Origin: Candidatus Heimdallarchaeota archaeon
Lineage (GTDB): Archaea; Asgardarchaeota; Heimdallarchaeia; Heimdallarchaeales; Kariarchaeaceae
Length of the DNA stretch: 32,000 nucleotides
Assembly (NCBI GenBank): GCA_030149205.1
Contig: JASBSB010000003.1
Span: 120,001 to 152,000, forward strand
Direction: 5' to 3'
The notes below the pieces were generated by a model. It had not been told where the DNA came from. It searched no databases and saw only the letters and a program-made list of their open reading frames with translations. This document shows positions 18,685 to 26,992 of the stretch, one piece after another. Each line of letters starts with the position of its first letter. Within the stretch, counting starts at the first letter, position 1. Both the position numbers and the translations under genes were made by a program.

Positions 18685-18809
18685 TCCTCCTAAAAGCAAA
18701 TTAAAAATTACTAAACTAATGTTTAACTTAGCTAGGAAATGTTGTATGAAGGTAGAAAAAGCATAAGATTTATTGTTCAATTCTTTGGACATCTATATTT
18801 TATGGAAAT

Positions 18810-19802
18810 TTATTTTTTTGCAAATTTTGCAAACTGTGGTTCTGAGAACCACTGTTCTTCGCGATAAAGTTGAAGTTTGTTAATATGATCGATGTAGGGA
18901 CTTCTCAAATAGAAATCATGGGTCTGAGACATTTTTGGAAGAGGTGTAAAAGTAGAGGAGAGTTTCATAATTATTTCTTCTAAAGCTTTCAAAAAAAATA
19001 AGGTCCAATTGGATAGATAGGGTATGACTGAAACCTTCGTCATATTTCCACTTTTAATATGCTTATCTTCAGGCCACAAACCTAGAGATATCTCTTCAGG
19101 TTTCAAATTAAATGCCAATTGATTTTCGTATAGAGATAATTGAAAAAATGAATTTGAGTCGTGGTAAATCTTATCCCTAATATCCTTTAATTTGAAAAAC
19201 ATATCTTTATTGTCTAATAATGCATTGGTCAATATAGTATGAAAATTATATGTAACTCCACCTTCTAGCTTATTCAGGAATCTAGTGAAACTCTTCGGTA
19301 ATGTTTCTTGAAGTTGAATATCTGATAGTTTTTTGATTATACTATAAATTTCATCAAACCCAGACCTGATGACACCAAAGAAATATTCAATATCACTAGT
19401 GTAAAGATCATGGATTTGTCTATCAACAGTTCGACTTTGAAAATAATCCATGTAAAGGAAGTATTTCTCAAATACTGAACAGATCATCTTGATATCATGT
19501 TCTAAACCATTTCTGTCATTAATTAGGGAAAAATATCCAAATTCCTGTCTCAATTGGTCTAATGAATGCAAATATACATCGGATTCAGCTAATTTATTAT
19601 TTTGTGGTGACAAATAAAACGTGGGAAATAAAAATACTGAATGATAGTTAAATCGTTTTTGATTAGGGTCAAACAGTGGCATAATTAGCCTTCCGTCTTT
19701 GTTTACTACATGAAATGATAAAATTGTTTCATCTTCTGGTAAATGGTCTATATACGGTAACTTATTAAATTCTTTATAAAATTGATTTCTTCCAGAACTC
19801 AT
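18810..19802 (-). CDS. HEPN domain protein (Cthe_2314-like), putative RNase toxin
   Basis: DIEYFFGVIRSGFDEI helix and IRDKIYH (RxxxxH) motif. Confidence 0.65.
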   Translation of the reverse strand: MSSGRNQFYKEFNKLPYIDHLPEDETILSFHVVNKDGRLIMPLFDPNQKRFNYHSVFLFPTFYLSPQNNKLAESDVYLHSLDQLRQEFGYFSLINDRNGLEHDIKMICSVFEKYFLYMDYFQSRTVDRQIHDLYTSDIEYFFGVIRSGFDEIYSIIKKLSDIQLQETLPKSFTRFLNKLEGGVTYNFHTILTNALLDNKDMFFKLKDIRDKIYHDSNSFFQLSLYENQLAFNLKPEEISLGLWPEDKHIKSGNMTKVSVIPYLSNWTLFFLKALEEIIMKLSSTFTPLPKMSQTHDFYLRSPYIDHINKLQLYREEQWFSEPQFAKFAKK

Positions 19803-19995
19803 ATATTACTATATCTCTAAGAGTGGTTAATAACTAAACTTAAAACTCATTTCCATATTGAAAAATATTACAACAATATTCATGCAACCTAAAGCTGATT
19901 TCTTTGATCATGTTCTCAACTTTTTTAGAATTTTCTTCATTCATTTTCAACTATTTTAGTTATCATTCTCATGTATTTCAGATTTAGTCATTAAG

Positions 19996-20958
19996 TTATA
20001 ATGTGAGAGGTCTGTCTCGTATTCCATCAGCTGTAATGTAGAAAATTTCTTCAGATTCTGGTTTTCTTGGGCTGTCGAACAGTCTGGCAATTCGAGCAAG
20101 TCCAGGGGATTTTCTGAGAAGTATTCGTGTTTGTGGTCGATGAGCCCAAGCTTGTCCAAGAGCTGGTTGTGACGCACCACCTGTGGCAAAATCATCGACC
20201 CGAGCAACTACCTGATTGGTTACGACCACCGCCATCCCATAGGTAAACGCCAAAGTAGCCAATAGTGACCCTTGTTGCATAATTTTCTGCTGTCTCTCTG
20301 GTAACCTTTCTTTATCAATATAATCAGTTCTAAAGTGTGCAGCCAAGGAATCAACGATAACAAGTTTGATGTTTTCCTCAGTTGCAATTTCTGCTACTTT
20401 TTTAATCAGCTTAAGCTGGTGGTCTGTGTCCAAGGCTTTCCCGACATAAATATTTCTGAGAACCTTTTGTGGATCCATCTCGTTACCTAAAGCCATTTCA
20501 GCAACTCTTTTTGCTGAGAAGGTGCCCTCAGTGTCAATGTAAAAAACCTTTCCCTCAAGTCCCCCTCTATCCTTTGAAAGTTGAGCATTTACAGCAAGTT
20601 GAAAACAGAGTTGTGTTTTCCCTGAAGCAAAGTTACCAGATAACTCTGTTATCTCTTTCTCCCAGATACCTCCTTCTAAAAGAGAATCTAAAGAATTTGA
20701 ACCAGTGGTCAATCTGTTTCTATTGAGCTCATCCTGAAAAATCTCATCAGCTGTCATTGGTTGGATACCGGTTTCTTCTCTGGCAAGTTCTATCATGCTT
20801 TCTGCGAGGTCTATTCCTATATTGAGTTCTGCTGCCAGATCCTCTGGAAAGGACAAAAGAAGAGATTTGACTGATTTGTAACCAGCTTTCTCCATCTTCT
20901 TTCGGATTTCGTCAGAAATTATTGGAGGAAACTCTTCCTTAACTTTCTTCTTTGTCAC
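19996..20958 (-). CDS. radA: RadA/Rad51-family recombinase homolog, probably a paralog rather than the main recombinase
   Basis: N-terminal HhH-like domain, TTGSNSLDSLLEGG, Walker A GNFASGKT, YIDTEGTF, Walker B VIVDS, VVVTNQV. The L1/L2 loops and FxxA motif are altered. Confidence 0.9.
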   Translation of the reverse strand: MTKKKVKEEFPPIISDEIRKKMEKAGYKSVKSLLLSFPEDLAAELNIGIDLAESMIELAREETGIQPMTADEIFQDELNRNRLTTGSNSLDSLLEGGIWEKEITELSGNFASGKTQLCFQLAVNAQLSKDRGGLEGKVFYIDTEGTFSAKRVAEMALGNEMDPQKVLRNIYVGKALDTDHQLKLIKKVAEIATEENIKLVIVDSLAAHFRTDYIDKERLPERQQKIMQQGSLLATLAFTYGMAVVVTNQVVARVDDFATGGASQPALGQAWAHRPQTRILLRKSPGLARIARLFDSPRKPESEEIFYITADGIRDRPLTL

Positions 20959-21024
20959 ATGTAGTGTGTCGGGTAGATGTTTATTAAGAGGTGCATGAGT
21001 AAGAGAACTGTTGAAGATTTCAAC

Positions 21025-21471
21025 CTATTTTATCAAGCTAAGATTAAGTTCCTGAATAATATCAGGATATCTATCGAAAAAAGCTTTTTCCTGCTTTGGG
21101 TCTCTCAGCTCATCAGGATACATGACAGCAATTTCTCGATCAACAATAAAGTATCTTTTTGATGAATCTGTTAAGGTAAAGTACAAGACACCATCAATAA
21201 TCTCCTCTTTCCAGCAGGTTAAGCATTCATCAAATGACACTATTTTTTCGAGCTCATCTTTGGATTTAACCCTTTCATCCTCCTGTAAAGGATTTTCTAC
21301 AAGGTATTTAGATTTTCTTGCACAATAAAATCTGCAAAGAAGTCCAGATTCCTTGTGAGGTATTGGATCGACACTTCTGGTTCTAGTTTCAGATTTTAAG
21401 ACTTTTAGTTGTAAAGGCCACCTTTCTGGCTTGTCAGGATCCGCTAAAACATCTAGCAATCTCAGTTGCAT
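21025..21471 (-). CDS. trm112: Trm112-like methyltransferase activator
   Basis: RLLDVLADP...WPLQLKV, insert CRFYC...CLTC, EEIIDGVL...RYFIVDREIAVMYPDELR; matches the long archaeal Trm112 type. Confidence 0.78.
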   Translation of the reverse strand: MQLRLLDVLADPDKPERWPLQLKVLKSETRTRSVDPIPHKESGLLCRFYCARKSKYLVENPLQEDERVKSKDELEKIVSFDECLTCWKEEIIDGVLYFTLTDSSKRYFIVDREIAVMYPDELRDPKQEKAFFDRYPDIIQELNLSLIK

Positions 21472-21515
21472 AAGTTAAATTATCCTGAATTCTTTTAATT
21501 CTGCTGATTGATTCA

Positions 21516-22649
21516 TTACTCTTGTGGGATGAGTGCTCGAATACTCAGACACATTCTTTCAACAATGGGTTGCAAAAGAACAGCCGTATCATGAGTCTTT
21601 GTGATGACATACATGAAAGAACCTTCATCTATAGCCTCAAATATTGCAAAATAATCTCCAAGCTCCAATATTTTTTCCAATGGCTGAAGATTAAGTATCT
21701 CATAAATAAGATCAGACATTTCAAGAACTGATTTGTTTAAATTTTCGATGATATAATCTGGTAGGGACCCTTCACAGAATGTTTCAATTCCTCTTGAAGG
21801 GGATATGGCTACTACAGTTGTAAGTGAAATATCCGGGAAAGATTGGTTAAACTTTCGTAGCATAAATATTATTGCATTTTGAGGGTTAGATTCAACATCT
21901 TTGATTAACTGTTCATCTGAGGATGTAATTTCGGAATCAAGCGGTGTTGTATCAGATTGTGGGAGGGACACACTAGTCTCACCCTCATTGATATGAGAAG
22001 TAACCTCTTTTTCTGAGGAAAGAACTTCTGTCTCTGAGGATTGCTCTTCTGACACGGTCTCTTCTAGCCCAAGAGGTGTTTGTTCTGTGTAGATATTAGA
22101 CAAGATTTGACTAATTTTTTTGTCAGCATTGTAATAGATCAATTCTAGATCCAAATCAAGCTGAGGACTTGTTCTTACATCTGGTTGTAATTCATCAGAA
22201 GTCAACAGAAAGAGTTTAACAATTGATGTTGCAATCAGATCGTTTTGTGAAATAGACCCATCTGATTCTTCCATTGCAAATGAAATCTTGTAACCATCTA
22301 GAAATTTGTTGATGAAGTTGTTTGTTTCTATAGACTCTTGCTCTCTATCTATAACAAAAACGAATAATATTTCAGATTCACTTGCAAATTTTAGTTCCAT
22401 CTCTTTCATTTTTATCGTACGGATTGTCCTTTTTGTAGGTCTACCAGTAAATTCATTTATAGCAACCACAAGCCCACCTACAGCTTTAAAATCAATACTC
22501 TCCTTAGTAAAATTTACGTAGAGCACGAAGTCTCCGTTTTGGTCATAAACAAGGATACTATGGATAGTGCCTTTCATTGCATTAAGGTACTTTTCAACGT
22601 CACTTGCAGTCGACATCAAGGAGTTCCCCTCTGAAGCAGTGGTTGCCAT
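21516..22649 (-). CDS. Longin-like + roadblock-like two-domain protein with acidic Ser/Thr-rich linker
   Basis: N-terminal bb-a-bbb-a pattern (IHSILVYD-NGDFVLY, GGLVVAINEF, IRTIKM, LFVFVID), a low-complexity S/E/T linker, and a C-terminal a-bb-a-bbb-a domain. Confidence 0.6.
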   Translation of the reverse strand: MATTASEGNSLMSTASDVEKYLNAMKGTIHSILVYDQNGDFVLYVNFTKESIDFKAVGGLVVAINEFTGRPTKRTIRTIKMKEMELKFASESEILFVFVIDREQESIETNNFINKFLDGYKISFAMEESDGSISQNDLIATSIVKLFLLTSDELQPDVRTSPQLDLDLELIYYNADKKISQILSNIYTEQTPLGLEETVSEEQSSETEVLSSEKEVTSHINEGETSVSLPQSDTTPLDSEITSSDEQLIKDVESNPQNAIIFMLRKFNQSFPDISLTTVVAISPSRGIETFCEGSLPDYIIENLNKSVLEMSDLIYEILNLQPLEKILELGDYFAIFEAIDEGSFMYVITKTHDTAVLLQPIVERMCLSIRALIPQE

Positions 22650-22731
22650 AGGTTAACATTTGCAATCAATCCTTTATATCTTTTGGACAGAAGACATATT
22701 GAAAGGGTGAATATTCAGAATGAATGTTCTT

Positions 22732-23463
22732 TCAGGTAAAATTATAATGTTGTTTTTGCCAAGCTGAATGGAATGTCCCAAAGAGCATGAAATAGTAAAT
22801 GTAGAGGGTAAATATCAAACCCAGTGTTGGAAACCAGGAATCTGGTGAATATGTCAACAGAAGCATTAGAACAACACCCAGTACAAAGTGAAACTTATCA
22901 AACAGATTATCAATCTTAGACATTGAAGTAAACGTTAGTGTCGACATCATTAGCAGAGAAATAGTGATAGTTGAAATTGCAATCAGAAAATAGGAGTACC
23001 CAGGGATGAGGTTAAGTGTAAATATGAAAATTGCGGATACAGGAGAAGGCATTCCTGAAAATTGTTTACCCTTACTTTGCATTACAAATCTTGATAACCG
23101 AAATGAAGCCGTTAAAACATACAATCCAGCTGTGATTACACCTATTATTGGGTTAGGTTGTGATAGAATTATGAAAATCGCGGGATAAATTCCAAAAGTC
23201 ATCAAGTCTGCATAGGTATCCATATCAGCCCCAATTTTGTACTTATGTTTGGATTTTCTGGCTAATTTTCCATCAATTGCATCAAAGGATGCACCTAGAA
23301 CTACCAGTCTGGTTAGCCAGATTACTGAATACGTTTCATTAAATATCAGAATTATAGCCCCCACAAATCCAAGTAGAAAGTTCATTGAAGTTGAAAAATA
23401 TGCTAGGACTAACCAACCGTCAACTGTTTTATTAAATATATCAAACTCTTTCTCTAAAATCAT
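22732..23463 (-). CDS. pssA: CDP-alcohol phosphatidyltransferase; phosphatidylserine/archaetidylserine synthase
   Basis: DAIDGKLARK...GADMDTYADLMTFG motif, ASFRLSRF, FSGMPSP; 4-bp overlap with psd. Confidence 0.88.
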   Translation of the reverse strand: MILEKEFDIFNKTVDGWLVLAYFSTSMNFLLGFVGAIILIFNETYSVIWLTRLVVLGASFDAIDGKLARKSKHKYKIGADMDTYADLMTFGIYPAIFIILSQPNPIIGVITAGLYVLTASFRLSRFVMQSKGKQFSGMPSPVSAIFIFTLNLIPGYSYFLIAISTITISLLMMSTLTFTSMSKIDNLFDKFHFVLGVVLMLLLTYSPDSWFPTLGLIFTLYIYYFMLFGTFHSAWQKQHYNFT

Positions 23464-24131
23464 TCACTGACCTCAGCAACAACTGTCAAACCTGCATTAA
23501 CCTTATCTCCGACCTTTATTGCAGGATTTATTTTAATCTTATCAGATTGGATGTATAAGTTTGTCTGGCTTCCGAACCTGATGATCCCCATTTTATCCCC
23601 TTGAAGTACTTTTTCTCCTTTCTTCACCCAAGACTCAATTCTCCTTGCAAACGCACCTGTAAGCTGTAGTACATGATAAACGTTTTCCTTTCCTTTTACA
23701 GAAATTAATTGTTGTTCATTTTTTTCTTCCACGTTACCTAAGAATACATTACTATGTTTACCCGGTTTTTGAATAATAGAAATTACTTCCCCTTCAGCTG
23801 GAGCTCGATTTATATGTACATTAAAGGCATTCATTCGTATCGCAATTTTAAGATCATACTGTTTTGGGGCTAGAGATTTAGGAGATGGGTGATTAACTGT
23901 CTCAACTTCAATTACAGTTCCATCTGCTGGAGCATAGAACTTTTTAGGGTTAATAATAATATCTCTTTTTGGGTCTCTAAAAAACCAAATCATGAAAATA
24001 CCAAATCCAACCGCACAAGCTACCACAATCTCTAATATGAGCCTAATATAACCTGAAATGGGGAGAAATAGCACCACAGGAGTAAGTAGAAAGGGAACAA
24101 TTATTCGCAAGGAACGTGGGGCTACTTTCAC
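23460..24131 (-). CDS. psd: Phosphatidylserine/archaetidylserine decarboxylase proenzyme (short type)
   Basis: FFRDPKR, APADGTV, FNVHINRAP, NEQ, GAFARRI and the FGSQT self-cleavage motif. Confidence 0.92.
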   Translation of the reverse strand: MKVAPRSLRIIVPFLLTPVVLFLPISGYIRLILEIVVACAVGFGIFMIWFFRDPKRDIIINPKKFYAPADGTVIEVETVNHPSPKSLAPKQYDLKIAIRMNAFNVHINRAPAEGEVISIIQKPGKHSNVFLGNVEEKNEQQLISVKGKENVYHVLQLTGAFARRIESWVKKGEKVLQGDKMGIIRFGSQTNLYIQSDKIKINPAIKVGDKVNAGLTVVAEVSE

Positions 24132-24367
24132 ACTTGCAATTTGTACTGAGGTTATAACAATCTTTTCAAATATGTCTCCTTATTCTGATATCTATTATAT
24201 AATCAGAAAATTCACTTTGCTTAAAAATTTGCATAATTTTGATAATTTTTCAATTTAGAGAGACTAAACACCACGAATTAACAAGTTGGTTTAGAATTAA
24301 ACCTATACAAAAACACTATTAAGACCATAAAAATTATAGGCTTATACTTAAAGAGTAGGAGAGTCGT

Positions 24368-25411
24368 ATGTCTGTCGGAATTGAAGGGTATGGAGTATAC
24401 ATCCCGTATTTTAGGATAACAGTAAAAGAAATTGCGAGAATGTGGAATGATGACCACAAAACCATCTCAAAGGGAATTAATGTTATTGAAAAAGCAGTTC
24501 CTGATATGGATGAAGACACTGCAACTATCAGTGTAAATGCAGCAAGAAATGCATTGAACCATTCAGGCATTGACCCAAAGAATCTCGAAGCTATTTATGT
24601 AGGCAGTGAATCCCACCCTTATGCAGTAAAACCCACAGCTGTTACAGTGGCTGAGGCGATTGGGGCGACTCCTTATATGACAGCGGCAGATTTAGAATTT
24701 GCCTGTAAAGCAGGTACAGCTGGAATGCAGATGGTCTTTGGTTTAGTAAAAGCTAATGAAATAAAATATGGGTTAGCTATTGGAACGGACTGTGCTCAAG
24801 GTAGACCTGGAGATGCACTAGAGTATACTGCAGGAGCTGGTGGTGCAGCTTTCATAATTGGGAATGAAGCACCTATTGCAACATTAGAGGGAATGGCATC
24901 ATTCACAACAGATACCCCAGATTTTTGGAGAAGAGAAGGAGCAAGGTATCCCTCACATGCAGGCAGGTTTACCGGAGAACCCTCATATTTCCGACACACA
25001 ATATCAGCAACTGAGAGATTGTTAAACAAGCTCAATTTGAATGTAGAAGATTTTGACAGAATTTCATTTCATCAACCAAATGGGAGGTTCCCGTTATCAG
25101 CAGCAAAAATTCTAAACATTCCAAGAGAAAAAGTTGAAGACAGCCTTTGTGTCGTAAAAGTTGGCAACACCTATAGTGCGGCATCAATGGTAGGGTTCGC
25201 GAGACAATTGGATCTTGCTAAACCTGGAGAGAGGATTCTTTTGGTAAGTTATGGATCTGGAGCAGGCAGTGACGCATTTTCCTTTGTTGTTACTGACGAG
25301 ATTGAAAACAAAAGAGATAGAGCGGTTTTAGTTGATCAATACATTTCAAGAAGGAAAGAACTGGATTATGCGATGTATGCTAAACACCGTGGAAAATTTG
25401 TAATGGAGTGA
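24368..25411 (+). CDS. hmgB: Hydroxymethylglutaryl-CoA synthase, archaeal type
   Basis: DEDTATISV, GSESHPYAVKP, EFACKAG (catalytic Cys), FHQPNG, GNTYSA and VSYGSGAGSD motifs. Confidence 0.95.
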   Translation: MSVGIEGYGVYIPYFRITVKEIARMWNDDHKTISKGINVIEKAVPDMDEDTATISVNAARNALNHSGIDPKNLEAIYVGSESHPYAVKPTAVTVAEAIGATPYMTAADLEFACKAGTAGMQMVFGLVKANEIKYGLAIGTDCAQGRPGDALEYTAGAGGAAFIIGNEAPIATLEGMASFTTDTPDFWRREGARYPSHAGRFTGEPSYFRHTISATERLLNKLNLNVEDFDRISFHQPNGRFPLSAAKILNIPREKVEDSLCVVKVGNTYSAASMVGFARQLDLAKPGERILLVSYGSGAGSDAFSFVVTDEIENKRDRAVLVDQYISRRKELDYAMYAKHRGKFVME

Positions 25412-26589
25412 ATCAAATGAAGCAAAGACAGAAAGTGGCAATTATTGGAACAGGAATGACAGCATTTGGGGACCTCTATGAATACGAAATAACAGATATT
25501 TCTAATCTGGCAATTTTTGAAGCATTAAGGTCGTCAAAAGTATCGAGGAAATTGATAGAATCCCTGTATGTCGGAAATATGGGGTCGAATGTTTTTGAAA
25601 ATCAAGAAAATCTGGGAAATTTAATTTCTACATACTCAGGGATCAAAAGTCCAAGTTTTAAAATTCAGGCAGCTGAGGCATCAGGAGCTGTTGCACTAAG
25701 AACTGCATATAAAAATATTTTATCAGAATCTAAGGACATTGTGATGGTTCTTGGGGTTGAGAAAATGACTGAAACCACAAAACAACCAGAACTACAGCAT
25801 GCCTTGGCAACTGGACTGGATACTATGTGGGAAACCAAAATGGGTGCAACCATGGGTGCATTGTTTGCAATCATGGCAAAGTCACATATGAAAAAATATG
25901 GTACAACACGTGAACAGATCGCACAAGTTGTGGTAAAGAACCACAACAATGGGGCAAAAAACCCAAAAGCACAATTTCACAACAAGTTAACCATAGAGAA
26001 AGTTATGAATTCTAAACCTGTGGCTACCCCTCTAAATCTTTTTGACGCTTGTGCTATGAGTGATGGAGCTGCCTCGGTGATCCTAGCAGCAGAAGATGTG
26101 GCATATTCTTATGATAGTGATCCAATTTTCATAATTGACTCAAAACAAGGATTTGCTCCTATAGCTTTACACCAAAGAGATTCATTAACTGAATTTTCGG
26201 GTACAAAATTCGCCGCTGAAAAACTATACAAAGATCATAGCATCTCGAACAAGGACATCTCGTTTGCTGAGGTTCATGATATATTTAGCATTTCAGAGAT
26301 TATTGCAATTGAGTCTTTGGGTTTGGTTCCTGTAGGAGAAGGAGGTAAAGCCACCGAAGAAGGGGTCACATCACTTGATGGAGAAATTCCAATTAATACA
26401 AGTGGAGGCCTAAAAGCTCGTGGAGCCCCATTAGGAGCTACGGGAATAGCTCAAGCGATTGAAGTTTATGAACAATTTAAGGGGTCTGCTGAAAAAAGAC
26501 AAGTTAAAGACATAAATTATGCGATGTCTCATTCTATGGGTGGTTCAGGGGGAACATCAGTAGTAACTTTGTATGGAAGAGGTAATTAA
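25408..26589 (+). CDS. Thiolase-fold (acetoacetyl-CoA thiolase-like) protein lacking canonical catalytic residues
   Basis: Thiolase fold motifs are present (GTGMTAFG, GVEKMT, KNHNNG, SDGAASV, AEVHD, NTSGGLKA), but ACASG reads AEASG, HDCF reads HDIF and GHP reads GAP. Confidence 0.88.
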   Translation: MNQMKQRQKVAIIGTGMTAFGDLYEYEITDISNLAIFEALRSSKVSRKLIESLYVGNMGSNVFENQENLGNLISTYSGIKSPSFKIQAAEASGAVALRTAYKNILSESKDIVMVLGVEKMTETTKQPELQHALATGLDTMWETKMGATMGALFAIMAKSHMKKYGTTREQIAQVVVKNHNNGAKNPKAQFHNKLTIEKVMNSKPVATPLNLFDACAMSDGAASVILAAEDVAYSYDSDPIFIIDSKQGFAPIALHQRDSLTEFSGTKFAAEKLYKDHSISNKDISFAEVHDIFSISEIIAIESLGLVPVGEGGKATEEGVTSLDGEIPINTSGGLKARGAPLGATGIAQAIEVYEQFKGSAEKRQVKDINYAMSHSMGGSGGTSVVTLYGRGN

Positions 26590-26590
26590 T

Positions 26591-26992
26591 ATGGGTGTAG
26601 CACAATCTTGGAGAACTCAATCCTCTCGCTATAGGTTAGCGGGAAGTAAATGTAATGAATGTAAAAACTATTATTTTCCAGTAACAGTTGTCTGTTCTAA
26701 CTGTGAGAGTGATAATCTGGAAGTAATTAACTTCAAAGGAACTGGAAAGTTGGTCGAATGGACAAGAGTTGATGAAGGCGCATCTGGTTTTGACCATGTG
26801 GTGCCTTATTATTTTGCTATCATACAACTAGATGAAGGAGTTAGGCTTTCTGCTCAATTGGTATCTGTGATGGATGAATCAAAAATAACAGATGGGATGC
26901 CAGTAAGGATGACATTTAGAAAACTTATGGAATCAACCAGAGAAGGAATAATTGAATATGGATTCAAGGCTGAACCTGTAAATCCTATCTAA
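26591..26992 (+). CDS. DUF35-family Zn-ribbon/OB-fold protein (thiolase/HMGCS scaffold subunit)
   Basis: CNECKNYYFP..VCSNC, GKLVEWT, PYYFAIIQLDEG, GMPVRMTFRK, IEYGFK; likely start is ATG 26591. Confidence 0.9.
   Translation: MGVAQSWRTQSSRYRLAGSKCNECKNYYFPVTVVCSNCESDNLEVINFKGTGKLVEWTRVDEGASGFDHVVPYYFAIIQLDEGVRLSAQLVSVMDESKITDGMPVRMTFRKLMESTREGIIEYGFKAEPVNPI

Larger units (their letters stand above)
12800..19950. other. Low-GC defence islet between the Lrp gene and the 3' end of the radA paralog
   Basis: Spot-counted 60-nt lines in the OLD and first HEPN genes give about 15-27% GC, versus up to about 47% in spot-counted flanking core genes. Content is nuclease/HEPN/RM genes and decayed DNA. 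No integrase or att repeats were seen, so the boundaries are approximate. Confidence 0.7.

Noticed and set aside
12780-19995. Islet as an integrated mobile element with att sites
   Set aside because: No integrase, transposase, tRNA target or convincing direct/inverted repeats were found at either boundary by eye.
21900-22110. Repetitive-looking Ser/Glu/Thr-rich stretch
   Set aside because: Protein low-complexity linker without a discrete DNA repeat unit; not a CRISPR or tandem array.
24183-24303. Short inverted repeats in the psd/hmgB divergent region (TTCTGAT-N12-ATCAGAA; GGTTTA-GAAT-TAAACC)
   Set aside because: Arms of 6-7 bp are expected by chance at this AT content; comparative data would be needed to call them operators.
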